64,000 nucleotides of DNA from Tubulanus polymorphus. Taxonomy: Eukaryota; Animalia; Nemertea. The notes under the pieces are model-generated. The model had not been told where the DNA came from. It did not search any database and worked only from the letters and a program-made list of their open reading frames with translations. Position numbers and translations under genes: made by a program. Within the stretch, counting starts at the first letter, position 1. Every line of letters begins with the position of its first letter. The stretch is from the NCBI RefSeq assembly GCF_964204645.1, contig NC_134026.1:3371950-3435949 (forward strand), given 5' to 3'. Shown piece by piece: positions 27,236-38,659 of the stretch.

Positions 27236-28304
27236 AATAATAATTCCCTTTAAACACAGTACCAAAAACATCCTCTTAAAACACAACGCCATAAAATTTG
27301 TCAGTTCAGAATTCACACTCAGCAAAATTGACTGGAATAAAGCGTTGAAGGTGCATATTAAGATAGTGAAGAGTAACAATAGTTCAACATAACGACATGC
27401 AGAACATGTGTCTTACAGTTCAACGACATGTCTTTTTCTTACCAAAAGCCAAATTTTCGACGCAAACCAGCAAGTGAATGAAAATCTGTCATCGTGGGAA
27501 GCTTTTATTTACCAACTCTTTATCTATGAAGTAGTGTTCCAGGTATGAAGCTATTACATGATAATGACTTACATACAAATGTGATAGATAGAGCGTGTAC
27601 ATCAACTACTGCACTTGATCATGATGGAGAAATTGTGTCCAATTACACCGGTACTATTAGGCTGCGATTTCATACTATACACTACCGATCAAATTGCAGC
27701 TATGACGAATTCATTAAGCTCAGTAACCATGGCATTTCAGCTGCATTTGGATACGAATGCAAAAAAATTGAAATCCTAGTTTTCTAGTTTTAATCAAGAT
27801 GAAAGTAAAAAATCTCGGCGTTCCATTCTCAAAATTCAATATCATATCTTGATAAAGCACGAACAACTCGGCAAGATGGCCATTGAAACTAGTGGTCTAT
27901 TCCACGACCGCCCTTCGCCTTGGGCCAATAGGGTAAATAATGTATAAACCAAATACTGAGACAATAAATACATGAGAGCGCTTTAAAACCTTCTTGAAAT
28001 AACTTCATTTCGACTAAAGATGTAAAAAAGGCGGATGAAAAAGCAACGTAATCCATCTGGAACAAACGAAAAACTTTTAAACTTTCAGAGACCTTTCAAA
28101 TTTATGATCGAGAAACAGACACTAATCAGCGAACAGAAGACAAATATTCGTATCATACATCGAGACTAATTAGTCACGAGAACTACGAAGTGTAAACTGG
28201 CTATTTCATTATGTTGCCATGAGTGATGAATTTAGGCTTTGTAGATGAGCTCTTCAGGGGGAATCGAGTATCAGACTATGATATGCGAATGTATTCGGGG
28301 TTAC

Positions 28305-28402
28305 CTGAGCGATTTCATACCGGATATACACTGCTGCTCTAGGGAGCGGGATGAGGCGATGACTATATAGCAAGAATCGTCTCTTAAAACCAGACTCCAC
28401 AT
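28305..28402 (-). CDS. Candidate alternative first exon (MWSLVLRDDSCYIVIASSRSLEQQCISGMKSL)
   Basis: ATG-initiated frame open to CAG|GTAACC, phase 2, compatible with acceptors 17660 and 8366. Confidence 0.3.
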
Positions 28403-28885
28403 CTTATCATGTGAAAGCTGCGCAAAACTTCGATCGCGAAGGTCTGACAATTACGTAGAGAAACACGATGTAGAGAAATATGTCGTCGGGAAAACTGTCA
28501 GCTGTCCTCTTGACATGTAGCAGATTAATGGGGATAAACAGTGTTACTTCCTGTCCCCGGAATGCTTTACAAATACGTCACTAATGCGAAATATCACCTA
28601 CAGACTCCGACTAATAAGCTTTTTGACATAACAAAAAACATCCGTTCACATTTTTGTAAGATTTTCTTTTTTCTAGTGGTACGACGACATGTAGAACACG
28701 CACTGATCGTGGAATTAATGACAAGGACCAGGTGTATTTCAGTGTCAAAAATGATTTTGACGCTTTTTTTCATGGAGTCTAATCAGATAATTACCAGAGC
28801 TTCAATTGGAACATACAAACATAATTACATTCACATCATGCGAGAAGGTATCATTAATGAAGAGGTGAAAACTTTCTCATTCTAT

Positions 28886-29166
28886 AGCCGCGATGACACG
28901 GAGACGATTTGGCCCGGGCCAAGGTGGCACGGATCAGGCTCGGGCCAAATTTGGCCCGAGCCTGATCTGTGCCACCTTGGCCTGGTGGAGTCATTTCCGG
29001 AACCAGTTGAACCAGTTCCGGAATTTGTGCCGTGCTAAAAGTTGGCTCGAGCCTGGTCCAACGTTTTTGGCCGGGCCAATTAGGCACGGGCCCATTTGGC
29101 ACCCGTGTTAACAGTTCTTCCGGGCCAAATTTGGGACAGGCCAAAAATGCTCGTGTGATCGTGACT
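28886..29166 (+). mobile_element. MITE family A copy (PIF/Harbinger-like)
   Basis: TIRs agccgcgatgacacg ... cgtgtgatcgtgact; TAT on both flanks. Confidence 0.8.
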
Positions 29167-29455
29167 TATATCTAGTAACATTTACTCAGCATACATATTT
29201 TCTTTACAATATCATCAAATCCCAAGGCGCTGAACAGCTCAGAAAAGGCGAAAATAGAAATTGGTATCCGGGTGTTTCGGGGAGGCTTGCACGCTAGAAA
29301 TTCATCGACCAATACAAAATGTATTAGTGAATGTGACATTCACGTATGAACAGAAATGAAGTTATAGCTCATCCATCATTTTTGCTCGGCTCTCGAAAAT
29401 AGACCTGGTCTTTGTAGTTGTGTTTGTGCGGCTGTGCGACAACGATATCTCATAC

Positions 29456-29621
29456 CTGTAACTCGGTGACTTGCTTCGACGCGTTATTCTTTGATCTTCG
29501 CTATCATCTCCATCGTCGGCTATAGTCGGAGGGATATACTCGCGGTGCGGAGGCTTCACCGGGGCGCGCGGAGTATCTACATCCGAGTACACCGTATCTT
29601 GCTGCTCCTTCGAAGTGATTT
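29456..29621 (-). CDS. Internal exon ([54 protein letters not shown])
   Basis: Acceptor ctttttAG, phase 1; donor AG|GTATGA, phase 2; 166 nt. Confidence 0.88.
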
Positions 29622-29661
29622 CTAAAAAAGAAATCGAGAGAATATCATAGAAATACTACGC

Positions 29662-29827
<166 letters not shown>

Positions 29828-29866
29828 TCTCATCTGCTAATTCGAAATCTGTTCTTATTCGCATAC

Positions 29867-29947
29867 CAGATAATTTCTTTTGGATATACTCTTTGAATTT
29901 TTTCTCCATCAATTCTTCTTCGTCTAAATCTTGGTCGTATTGTTTAT
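29867..29947 (-). CDS. Internal exon ([26 protein letters not shown])
   Basis: Acceptor tttttcAG; donor G|GTATGC; 81 nt, phase 1-1. Confidence 0.85.
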
Positions 29948-31035
29948 CTGAAAAAGTAAGCCGACAAAATTTTCAACCCATCGAAACAGTAACTTTGATC
30001 GAATTGTAACTTGTTGGGAGTTACAACCATGTCATATGTGATAGAATCTACACAACACACATACTTTGCAATTAACTCAAAGTAATGAACAGGTATAGGT
30101 TAGGTGTATAGTGTTGTAGATGCAGCCTTTGTTCAACCAAACACGGGTGTGGTCTATGGTCAATTCAATTGCGTTTATAGCTACAGATAATTTCCTCTCA
30201 AAGACGACAGTAACTGAGCCTACTAACTTATGAAATATCATACGGACGCATGGTGGGTCCGAACATGAATATCCTTATTGGCGGATATTTAATTCAGAAA
30301 CCCATCTGATTCATGTGTAAAAGGAATCAAACTAGAGGGATCGTGTTGCAAGAATATCATAGCTGTCCGTATCACCATCTAAATGTTACACAATAAATAA
30401 ATGAACATGTTTGAAATGATGTTGTGGACAGCTAATTAATTAAGGAATAAGCACAAAATCTGATCATGGTTTAGTGATTAGTTGTGAGTTGGCTCTGAAT
30501 GACAATTCCGCTCATTACGAACAACTTTTTGCACGACTGCATCTTGATATGATGAAATTGCCGAATATGTGGTCGTTTGTGGCGATAGAACTATCAGTAC
30601 GAGATAAGCAGCTTAGAACGCAGTACCTGCGATTTTGTGCCCGGTCGGATAATCTCGGGAATAAATGTGCAGGAGGATTGTGAGCTCGCGTGTGCTGAAC
30701 TCGGGGGTTTAACCGACGTTGATCAGGAGGCATTGGACATCGAGTAAGCTCGCAATATCCGTAGACTCAAATATAATGAGGCAACGATGTCCAATTTCAA
30801 AATCAGTCCTAATAAACGAGCATTTCATAATCAGCTCCGTAATAAGTACACGCGAAGTAAACATGATGGCCTAGAGGAAGGTTCCTGACTGACGCTAATG
30901 AGTTTGTATAACTGATGAATATGACAGGTAGCCTTGATAAGATGAATAAAATGTCGAAATTATCAATCAGAAACGATTCCATTTCGGAATCAAGAATCTA
31001 CGGCCCAATAATCGAGAGATGGTGTTGTACATATA

Positions 31036-31315
31036 AGCCCCGATCACACGGAGACGATTTGGCCCGGGCCAAATTGGCACGGATCAGGCTCGGGCCAAAT
31101 TTGGCACTTGCCTAATTAGAGAGCGCGTTCACACGCAAACCATTCACTCGATACTAAACAATGCTCAAACAAAGCGAAGTGGATCATTTCCGGTGCCAGT
31201 TGCAATTCAAACGCAATCATTTGTCTGGTGCTAAAATTTGTGAACCGTTGTTCCGGGCCAAATTTGGCACTGGCCTAATTTGGCCCGCGCCAAAAATGCT
31301 TGTGTGATCCCGGCT
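31036..31315 (+). mobile_element. MITE family A copy (PIF/Harbinger-like)
   Basis: TIRs agccccgatcacac ... gtgtgatcccggct; ATA on both flanks. Confidence 0.8.
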
Positions 31316-32089
31316 ATAGAAGAAAATAACGAGGGGTGAATCTGATTGTTAAAACTCACAGTATATCAGTAAACCAGTTTGAAATTAATTGATTTCTCTG
31401 GTTTGATCCACATAAATTTCGATGTTTATATGAACCTAGAAATGAGGATTCTTGTAGGCCTGTAAAGTGAAATCAGTGATATCCAGAGGATTTTTTCTAC
31501 AGACCGCTGTTTTGGGTGGTGAATCTTCAAACTGCAGTTTTATCATGTTTTTTTTCCCCAGTAATTATGTGCGCTGTTTTGCTTTGGATATAAGATTTAG
31601 TAACGACGATTTTGACTAGCTGTGAGTGCCTAAGTGTTAAATGGTGAATACATAATTCGGTCAGTTATTCCCTTCAATAGCTGAACGTCTGAAATTCTAT
31701 TAGCCCGGGCGCATTAAGCAAATGACTCTGGAAATCAATGCCACAGACATCACCAGACGCGTCGAGATAGTCATCTAATTACGCGCTGGTAAAAATAGCG
31801 AATTATCATCAAACCAACAAGATGGTGGAACTGGATGAGATTAAGCCCCCTCAAGGAAAGGCCTCATTTGACTATTAACCACATAGAAACATTTTCAGCA
31901 GTATATTATCTACACTGATGTAGCCCTGGGAATATATTGGAATTATTCTTTCAAGCATCTATGAAGAAAGTATGTTATATCTAAGACATGATTAATATAA
32001 AAATATCTAATATCGCAGACAACCAAGGAGATTATTCACATGTCATTCAATTGTTTGACGCAGACGCTTCTTCAAAAATACAAATCTGG

Positions 32090-32092
<3 letters not shown>

Positions 32093-32140
<48 letters not shown>
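32093..32140. repeat. (TA)n microsatellite
   Basis: Visible run. Confidence 0.95.
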
Positions 32141-32145
<5 letters not shown>

Positions 32146-32623
32146 TATGTATATTGCTCGCAGCTAAAGAATTAATTAGTCTGCGGAATGAAATGAACGA
32201 CTTTTAAATATAGGAAATCAGGAGTTTCACAGGGGGCAGACTTTGACAGGAGCCTGGAGAAATGAGAGGGCATATGGTACTGTTGCATGGACAATAGTAT
32301 CCAACACAGGGGTCGCGAAACTTTTCAAATTTCAGTGAATTTTTTAAGGCTTACCAGATACTTGATTGAAGAGAGTGAATGGGGAGAATAAAAAACAGTT
32401 ACCAATAAAGGGTTACATGCATAGGCCCTAGTCTTGGGCAGAGGACCGCTACTCTTGTTAGTTGAGGATGAAAACATTGACGTTGATATTCAAAAGGGAA
32501 AGGGAAAATTGCTCCTAGGACCCCCATCTTGATCCGCTCAAGGCGTTGTCCCTGGCAATCGGGATATGAATCACGATTTTGGTGAAGTCACAATTATACA
32601 GTCAGGGCATTCCACACACTTAC

Positions 32624-32860
32624 ACAAAGGCTGGGAAGAGGAGCCCTGTATTTTATCTTTGACCTGGGTTGATCGGACCGTATCGAGATCACTGTCCACA
32701 ATCGATTCATCGAAACTTGTTAATGGTACACCGGCTACGTGTTTGACAACCATGTGTCTGAAATTGTTCTCAAAATCTTCAGTTCGCACGGACTCCAAGT
32801 CACTACCATTGCAGATCTTTTGTAATTTGGACGGCTTAGTTTGCGGACTATAAGCTTGTT
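32624..32860 (-). CDS. Internal repeat exon (...GSDLESVRTEDFENNFRHMV...DSDLDTVRSTQ...)
   Basis: Acceptor tttcttccAG; donor T|GTAAGT; 237 nt, phase 1-1. Confidence 0.88.
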
Positions 32861-33359
32861 CTGGAAGAAATTAAAAGCAGATAGGTGGTTACTTTTGTTA
32901 AGCAGCGGTTCGATGATAAAAAATCAATTTCTTTCGAGGGCGAGCAGGAAAATTCTACGGAGTAAGCGCTGTTATTGGCGTAGTACTTCAGTACAATACC
33001 AGAGGGCAGCACGTTATGGGACTCAAGTATCGATTCGAAGTTAGTTTTATTTGTAATACGCTTAAAGCAAATAATAGATGACCAAAGAACGAAAATGAAG
33101 TACACAACAAACATTGTCGCCGTTTAACAGAAAAACACACTTTTCTGCTTGAATAGAAACTGTTATCAATAACATTTTGAGTGTTTGATAGTTACCTTAC
33201 ACCTTGATTTTCCAAATATTAGTAATGTGTAACTAGCATGTATTGACTATTTGCTAATTCGACTTTCTAAATCTGTGTGTCATCGGACTAGTCATTTTCA
33301 TAGTGCAAATGTGTTGATTGATATGGATTATATACTCTTTATCTACGACTAATGCAAAC

Positions 33360-33572
33360 CTTTGATATTCTGTAATTTTAAAATGCCCTCCATTGCGCGA
33401 CTACGCGCTTTGGCTTGGTCTTCTCGTAACAGAGTTTTTTGAACGCCGAAAACGCTATCACGGAATTTTCGTTCAAACTCTTCTGTCCGAGCCGTGTCTA
33501 TTTCGCTATTATTGTCCACCGGTTGTCTTTGTGGCGCGGAGGCAGCAGCGGAGGCAGCGGTACGGGGGCCAT
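33360..33572 (-). CDS. Internal repeat exon (GPRTAASAAAS...NSEIDTARTEEFERKFRDSV...LQNIK)
   Basis: Acceptor ttttaccaccAG; donor AAG|GTTTGC; 213 nt, phase 1-1. Confidence 0.8.
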
Positions 33573-34049
33573 CTGGTGGTAAAAACGTGAAATAACATGC
33601 AGTGTGTAACATGCAAAAAACAAAATTCTAAGAAGAATTCGAAACAGTATCGTGCAGTGTGAAATAATTGTGGTATTTTGCATTTTGCAGACAAATTTTG
33701 CAGATCAATTAGATTATGACCCAAAAAGCCTTCTTTTTGCGTAAAAGCATGCTGATATGCCATGAAAACGTATGCAAAATCTTAAACACGGTTTTCTAAA
33801 AGTTACAGCGGGTTAGTAGTTGAAGAAAGATAAGAACATAAGTAAAGAATGATGAACAAATAATGAAACTGGTTTTCGACGTCAAAATTCATCATTACCT
33901 AAGAATTTTGCGTAAAGATTCTACTCGTCGCGATACAATTAGAAAATATTGAAATTTTAAGAGACGAAAGGATAACAAAAAAAGAATACGTGCTGAAACA
34001 AGTGACAAGAAGGAGGACAGACCGATGGTTTAAAATGAAAGAAGCTTAC

Positions 34050-34160
34050 CAATGGGGATCATTGTTCTTTGGTATTCTTTTTGAAAGTCTTCCGTTCGCA
34101 CAGATTCTAAATCACTATCTTTACCACTCATTTTAGGACCGGATATTGGCAGTTTTGTAT
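34050..34160 (-). CDS. Internal repeat exon (TKLPISGPKMSGKDSDLESVRTEDFQKEYQRTMIPI)
   Basis: Acceptor tttattgcAG; donor G|GTAAGC; 111 nt, phase 1-1; absent from the ORF track. Confidence 0.88.
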
Positions 34161-35348
34161 CTGCAATAAATTCAAAAAGTGTTCCGATATAGTCATCTTC
34201 GGGCTTAAGATCAACTTGTGGCCCGAACTCGGGGTTTTCACTTGAGTAACCGTGTTAGGAACGGACTAGACATCGCTAACAGTCACTTTCGATAAAACAT
34301 ACATAACTATATGGTCTCCCTTTTTTCAGGGTGACACCACTTTTTCTTCTTCCCGACTATTCCCTGATTGTTTTCCCTAATTTGATCTGCTAAGAATACA
34401 ATCAATTAACACGATCAAATACTTCAGGCATAGACAGAAACTTGAATCTTATCTGTATGCTGTGATCAAGCAATCACAACTAATTTCCCTGACTTTCTGC
34501 TGATTGTTAGCTTTGTTCGCCGACTACTCCTTGACTTTTTTAAAGACAAAAAAATGACTACCCCCTGATTTTTGTAATAGCACAAGATTCCCTAGTCTCC
34601 TATCTTAATAATCTCATGTCTATAACAAAAGCCTAAACCTCGCACTGAGTGGGGAGTATAAACTATGAAATCTTACATTTTCATGACAGAAGGACGGAAT
34701 GCGAAGCCATTAAAATGGAGCCAGTTTTCAGTTTACATACAGTCATTTTTTAATAAACTGTTTGCATTGAAAATCATGAAGAGGCTCATATTTCGCGTCA
34801 CGTCATTATCGTCTATCCATAGGTGGCTCATTACTCGTCGTAGCACATCAATTATCTTACCAACAATAAAAAATCATCCGACATTAAGTCTGTTTTATCC
34901 TAATTAAATGCACAATTAACTCTCAATAAACGGGAAAAGGATTTTAAAGGAAAGTTGAATCTTTTAATCCATTATTCTAGTGGTGATAATTGCTCTAAAA
35001 AAATGCTTGTTCGCTACGTTTAATTCAGAAGTACGTTTGTAATTCGAACTGTTTTTGGTGGCGTGTTACTGCCTGCGTGTAAAAGCCGTAGTTACTCAAC
35101 CATGCATGGCGAATATCTCCATGAATGGTAATGACCCAATAAAACACTGTACAGCAACTAAATATTTCAACGATTTTAATATAAATGTACTGACATCTAC
35201 GCCGAAATTCACACCACTAGTAATAGAAATCAATGAATATTTCAGGTTTTTTATTAGTCGACAAAATTTCTGATCTAAAATGATCCACAAAATCCACGAA
35301 CCGTTGATATTATATAGAAACATTTATCTAAGCAAACTTACTGCGAAA

Positions 35349-35689
35349 TAAAACGGAATTTCATTAAATCTCATTCAGTTGATTTTGCTTAGACAGTTCA
35401 GTGTCTAATTCTATAGATAGGTTTGTTCTTTTCTGGAAGTACCGGTCAAGTCAATGAACTTTATAAGATTTTACCTCAAAGACTTAATCCGGTACATTGT
35501 ACAATTGATGAAATATTTACACTATTCTATCGCAGAGTCTACTGTAGCATGATTCGATGTAATGATGAATTTAATTGAAGAGTTACAAAGATATCGGGTT
35601 ATTTAGCGAAAAAAGAAGCTGAAAGCGCTAAACTTTTATCTGTTAAGAATTAGTACTGGCCAACAGTTATCAAAGCATAGCAAATAAAC
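35349..35689 (+). repeat. About 340-bp direct repeat, copy 1
   Basis: Near-identical to 38023-38366 (gaatttcattaaatct...ttatcaaagcatagca). Confidence 0.9.
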
Positions 35690-35766
35690 ATTTAAAAAAG
35701 CCATCTTTCACAAGATAAGGCACCAATCCCTTCGGCAGCCGCCCCATCCCTGTCTGACATGCATAC

Positions 35767-35857
35767 CTTCCATTCTCGCGTGAGTATTCTTTAATACAGT
35801 ATGTTCAGGAATCTGAGTTAAATCCAAACGAGGCACTTGTTGCCGCTTCTGGCTCAT
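35767..35857 (-). CDS. Candidate alternative first exon (MSQKRQQVPRLDLTQIPEHTVLKNTHARME)
   Basis: ATG frame open to AAG|GTATGC, phase 1. Confidence 0.55.
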
Positions 35858-36865
35858 AGCAAATATTCAAACCGGCGAAAAAGAAACAAACTCCTAACAG
35901 ATAAATCCACTTGTCCGTAGAATATGTCACAATATCACAATATATATATATATATATGAATATGGATCCAATAGCCCCGGCGTGCCGCTAGTACTGTTTG
36001 TAACTAGGCAGCGATCTCTTTAAAACACTATACCGGCCAATTGACGAGGAATTATGAGCCGTCCGACACAATCAAAAATCACAATCCGTGCAAATGGCGC
36101 CTCGTCAGCGTAAATCTCATTGAGCGTCGTCCCCGTGTTAAAACTGGAATTCTTATAATCCATGATATTACTAATATACGACAGTGCAAGTCCGAGCAAG
36201 GTGTGATTCGTCGGTGTGACAATTGTGACAGTAAAAAGATTAACGACCCGTCCGCTGTTAATTAATTAATTGCCTCTGCTCAACACAGTGAATAAGAAGG
36301 CGGTGTTTACTAATTGAACTAACCGATCAAAACTTGCTCAATCAGTCGTAGTATTAATGGTGATCAATGATCTATGACTAACTGAAAAAATCCTGTTTCT
36401 ATTGCATTATATAATAAACCAACAACTTCGCGACATGCTCCACTGGGATAAGGATTAAACCTATTTTCGTAGTAAATTCTCATATCTAAGCAGATGCCTA
36501 CTAAAGTATTTGATTAAAACCCTGAAAGAGTTTCGCTATCAAAAAAAAAAATGAACACTATTGGCAATTGTTTGCATCAGAAATTCCCTGCCTCTTTCAC
36601 ACCTAATTATCTCTAGTTAAACTGCTTAAATCAATGAATGAGTCTAAGGTTTCCTTATCACTGGGGGGATGAATATAATCATCTAATTTCTTGTCAATTC
36701 AATGAAAAGCAGAAATCTTACTCTCGCACCGTGTTACGATGCGGCGCTTTTTTTGAGACGACACGTAAAGAATTGACGTCTCTGGGAAAATTTTCTACGC
36801 AACAAGTGCGAGTGACAATCAGCGGTAATTGCATACAAATGAATGACGTAAAAAAAACCTCCTAC

Positions 36866-36926
36866 CTCTCTGCAAGCAGTGATCCTGATATTTGTAATAC
36901 GGAAAATGTGGATACTTGTACGCCAT
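36866..36926 (-). CDS. Candidate alternative first exon (MAYKYPHFPYYKYQDHCLQR)
   Basis: tcaATGG open to GAG|GTAGGA, phase 1; CpG-rich region 36950-37400 upstream. Confidence 0.55.
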
Positions 36927-37775
36927 TGATTATGTTACGAGGGCCTCGAGAACATTCTAAGTGAGGTAGTAGTCGAAAAAAGGGGGGTGCGCGTTCGTAC
37001 GTGCGTCCGTCCGTGAACGGGTATCACAACAGCAGTACGTCGGCACATACACACATACGCACGTCAGCTACGCATTAGGTAGTTATGTACACACAAACAC
37101 AATACCAGCGGGATGATTATTTTGCGGGACCCCGGCCTCTTTTTTTATAGAATGCTTCGGTACCGGTTCCGAGAGCGACAGCGCGGTTCGGTATTGTCGA
37201 AATTCAGTTCGCGCCACAAAAGCGAACCTCAGCGCGGCATTTGTCGTCGAAAAAAAAAAAACTACTCATAAGCGACGGACTACGAGCGGAAAAAAAAGAA
37301 GTCGGCTTTAAGAATGAAATTACATATTGATTACTATTCAATACTTATCGTCTACGCTCGAGTAAATTTATGTCAATACCAGAGAAATAACGCTCTCGCG
37401 CATATAAGAGAACTTATTGTTTCTCTCCGTATAAAAAACTGATTGACGATACCTAAAATCACCTAGGTCGTGTACATTGTTAGTCGTACTCTGCGTGTAT
37501 GAATATTCCGGTTTTATTTCCGATGCGATACTACTTGACTGATTGACTGAGGTTATAATTAGGAGAATTAATACGAGCTAAAAATGTCTTACAAACCTTG
37601 ATTTAGGAATACGCTGTACAGACATTATTGGTTGACAAGTTATAATCAAGTTTTAATGAAAAATCTGATCAAATAAGAAAACGCTTTTGCAAGCAAAATA
37701 AGGCGGTATCAGTGTCGAGGGCCATTGAAAGCTGAGCGAATTTTCATAAATACAGGTTCAATTTCTGACTATGGC

Positions 37776-37834
37776 CATGGACGTATAAACTAGACTCTAA
37801 ACTCTAGAACTAAACTCTAGTTTATATGTCCATG
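37776..37834. repeat. 59-bp foldback with 19-bp arms
   Basis: catggacgtataaactaga ... tctagtttatatgtccatg, one mismatch. Confidence 0.7.
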
Positions 37835-38022
37835 CTACGACCTAAACAAGCTGAACCATTTGTGAAAAACCATGTACATGCTGTAATGACAATGTATCCC
37901 ACACTTATAATGAAAAATAAAGTCTGAGATGTTTCGTTTGAGCTAGTAGCTTATTCGACATTTCGACTGTATCATCTTCAGGAATATAAAGGAAACATTT
38001 CCGACGTTATTTCTCAGTATAA

Positions 38023-38366
38023 AATAAAACTGAATTTCATTAAATCTTATTCAGTTGATTTTGCTTAAACAGTTCAGTGTCTAATTCTGTAGATAGGTTT
38101 GTTCTTTTCTGGAAGTACCGGTCAAGTCAATGAACTTTCTAAGATTTTACCTCAAAGACTTAACCCGGTACATTGTGCAATTGATGAAATATTTACACTA
38201 GTCTATCGCAGAGTCTACTGTAGCATGGAATCAATGTAATGATGAATTTAATTGAAGAGTTACAAAGAGATCGGGTTATTTAGCGGAAAAAGAAGCTGAA
38301 AGCGCTGAACTTTTATCTGTTAAGAATTAGCACTGGCCAACAGTTATCAAAGCATAGCATATAAAC
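38023..38366 (+). repeat. About 340-bp direct repeat, copy 2
   Basis: Near-identical to 35349-35689. Confidence 0.9.
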
Positions 38367-38530
38367 TTATAAAGTTATTTCTCATTAGGATGAGGGATTC
38401 TCTAGGTTAAGCCGAACCCTTTGTGGCCTGAATCCTAACGTGGATTTAAAAAATACAACAAGAGGTAGTTTGCAATACCGTACATGTACATTAACAACAT
38501 TATGATTTATGAAACATCAATCATACGAAC

Positions 38531-38659
38531 CTTTAGAGGTATGCTGAGTGATGGTTGGTTTACCGAAGCCCGCGTGGAACGTCGTTTCAAAATCTTCCGT
38601 ACGAACCGAATCGAGATCGCTGAAATCTTTCGCCGACTTCGTGTCCCTGAGGTAGTTTC
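38531..38659 (-). CDS. Internal repeat exon (NYLRDTKSAKDFSDLDSVRTEDFETTFHAGFGKPTITQHTSK)
   Basis: Acceptor tattttcAG; donor AAG|GTTCGT; 129 nt, phase 1-1; read in a different frame from ORF 38507..38692. Confidence 0.85.

Noticed and set aside
28541-29144. 165-aa and overlapping ORFs
   Set aside because: They run into a palindromic MITE and show no protein-like or splice support.
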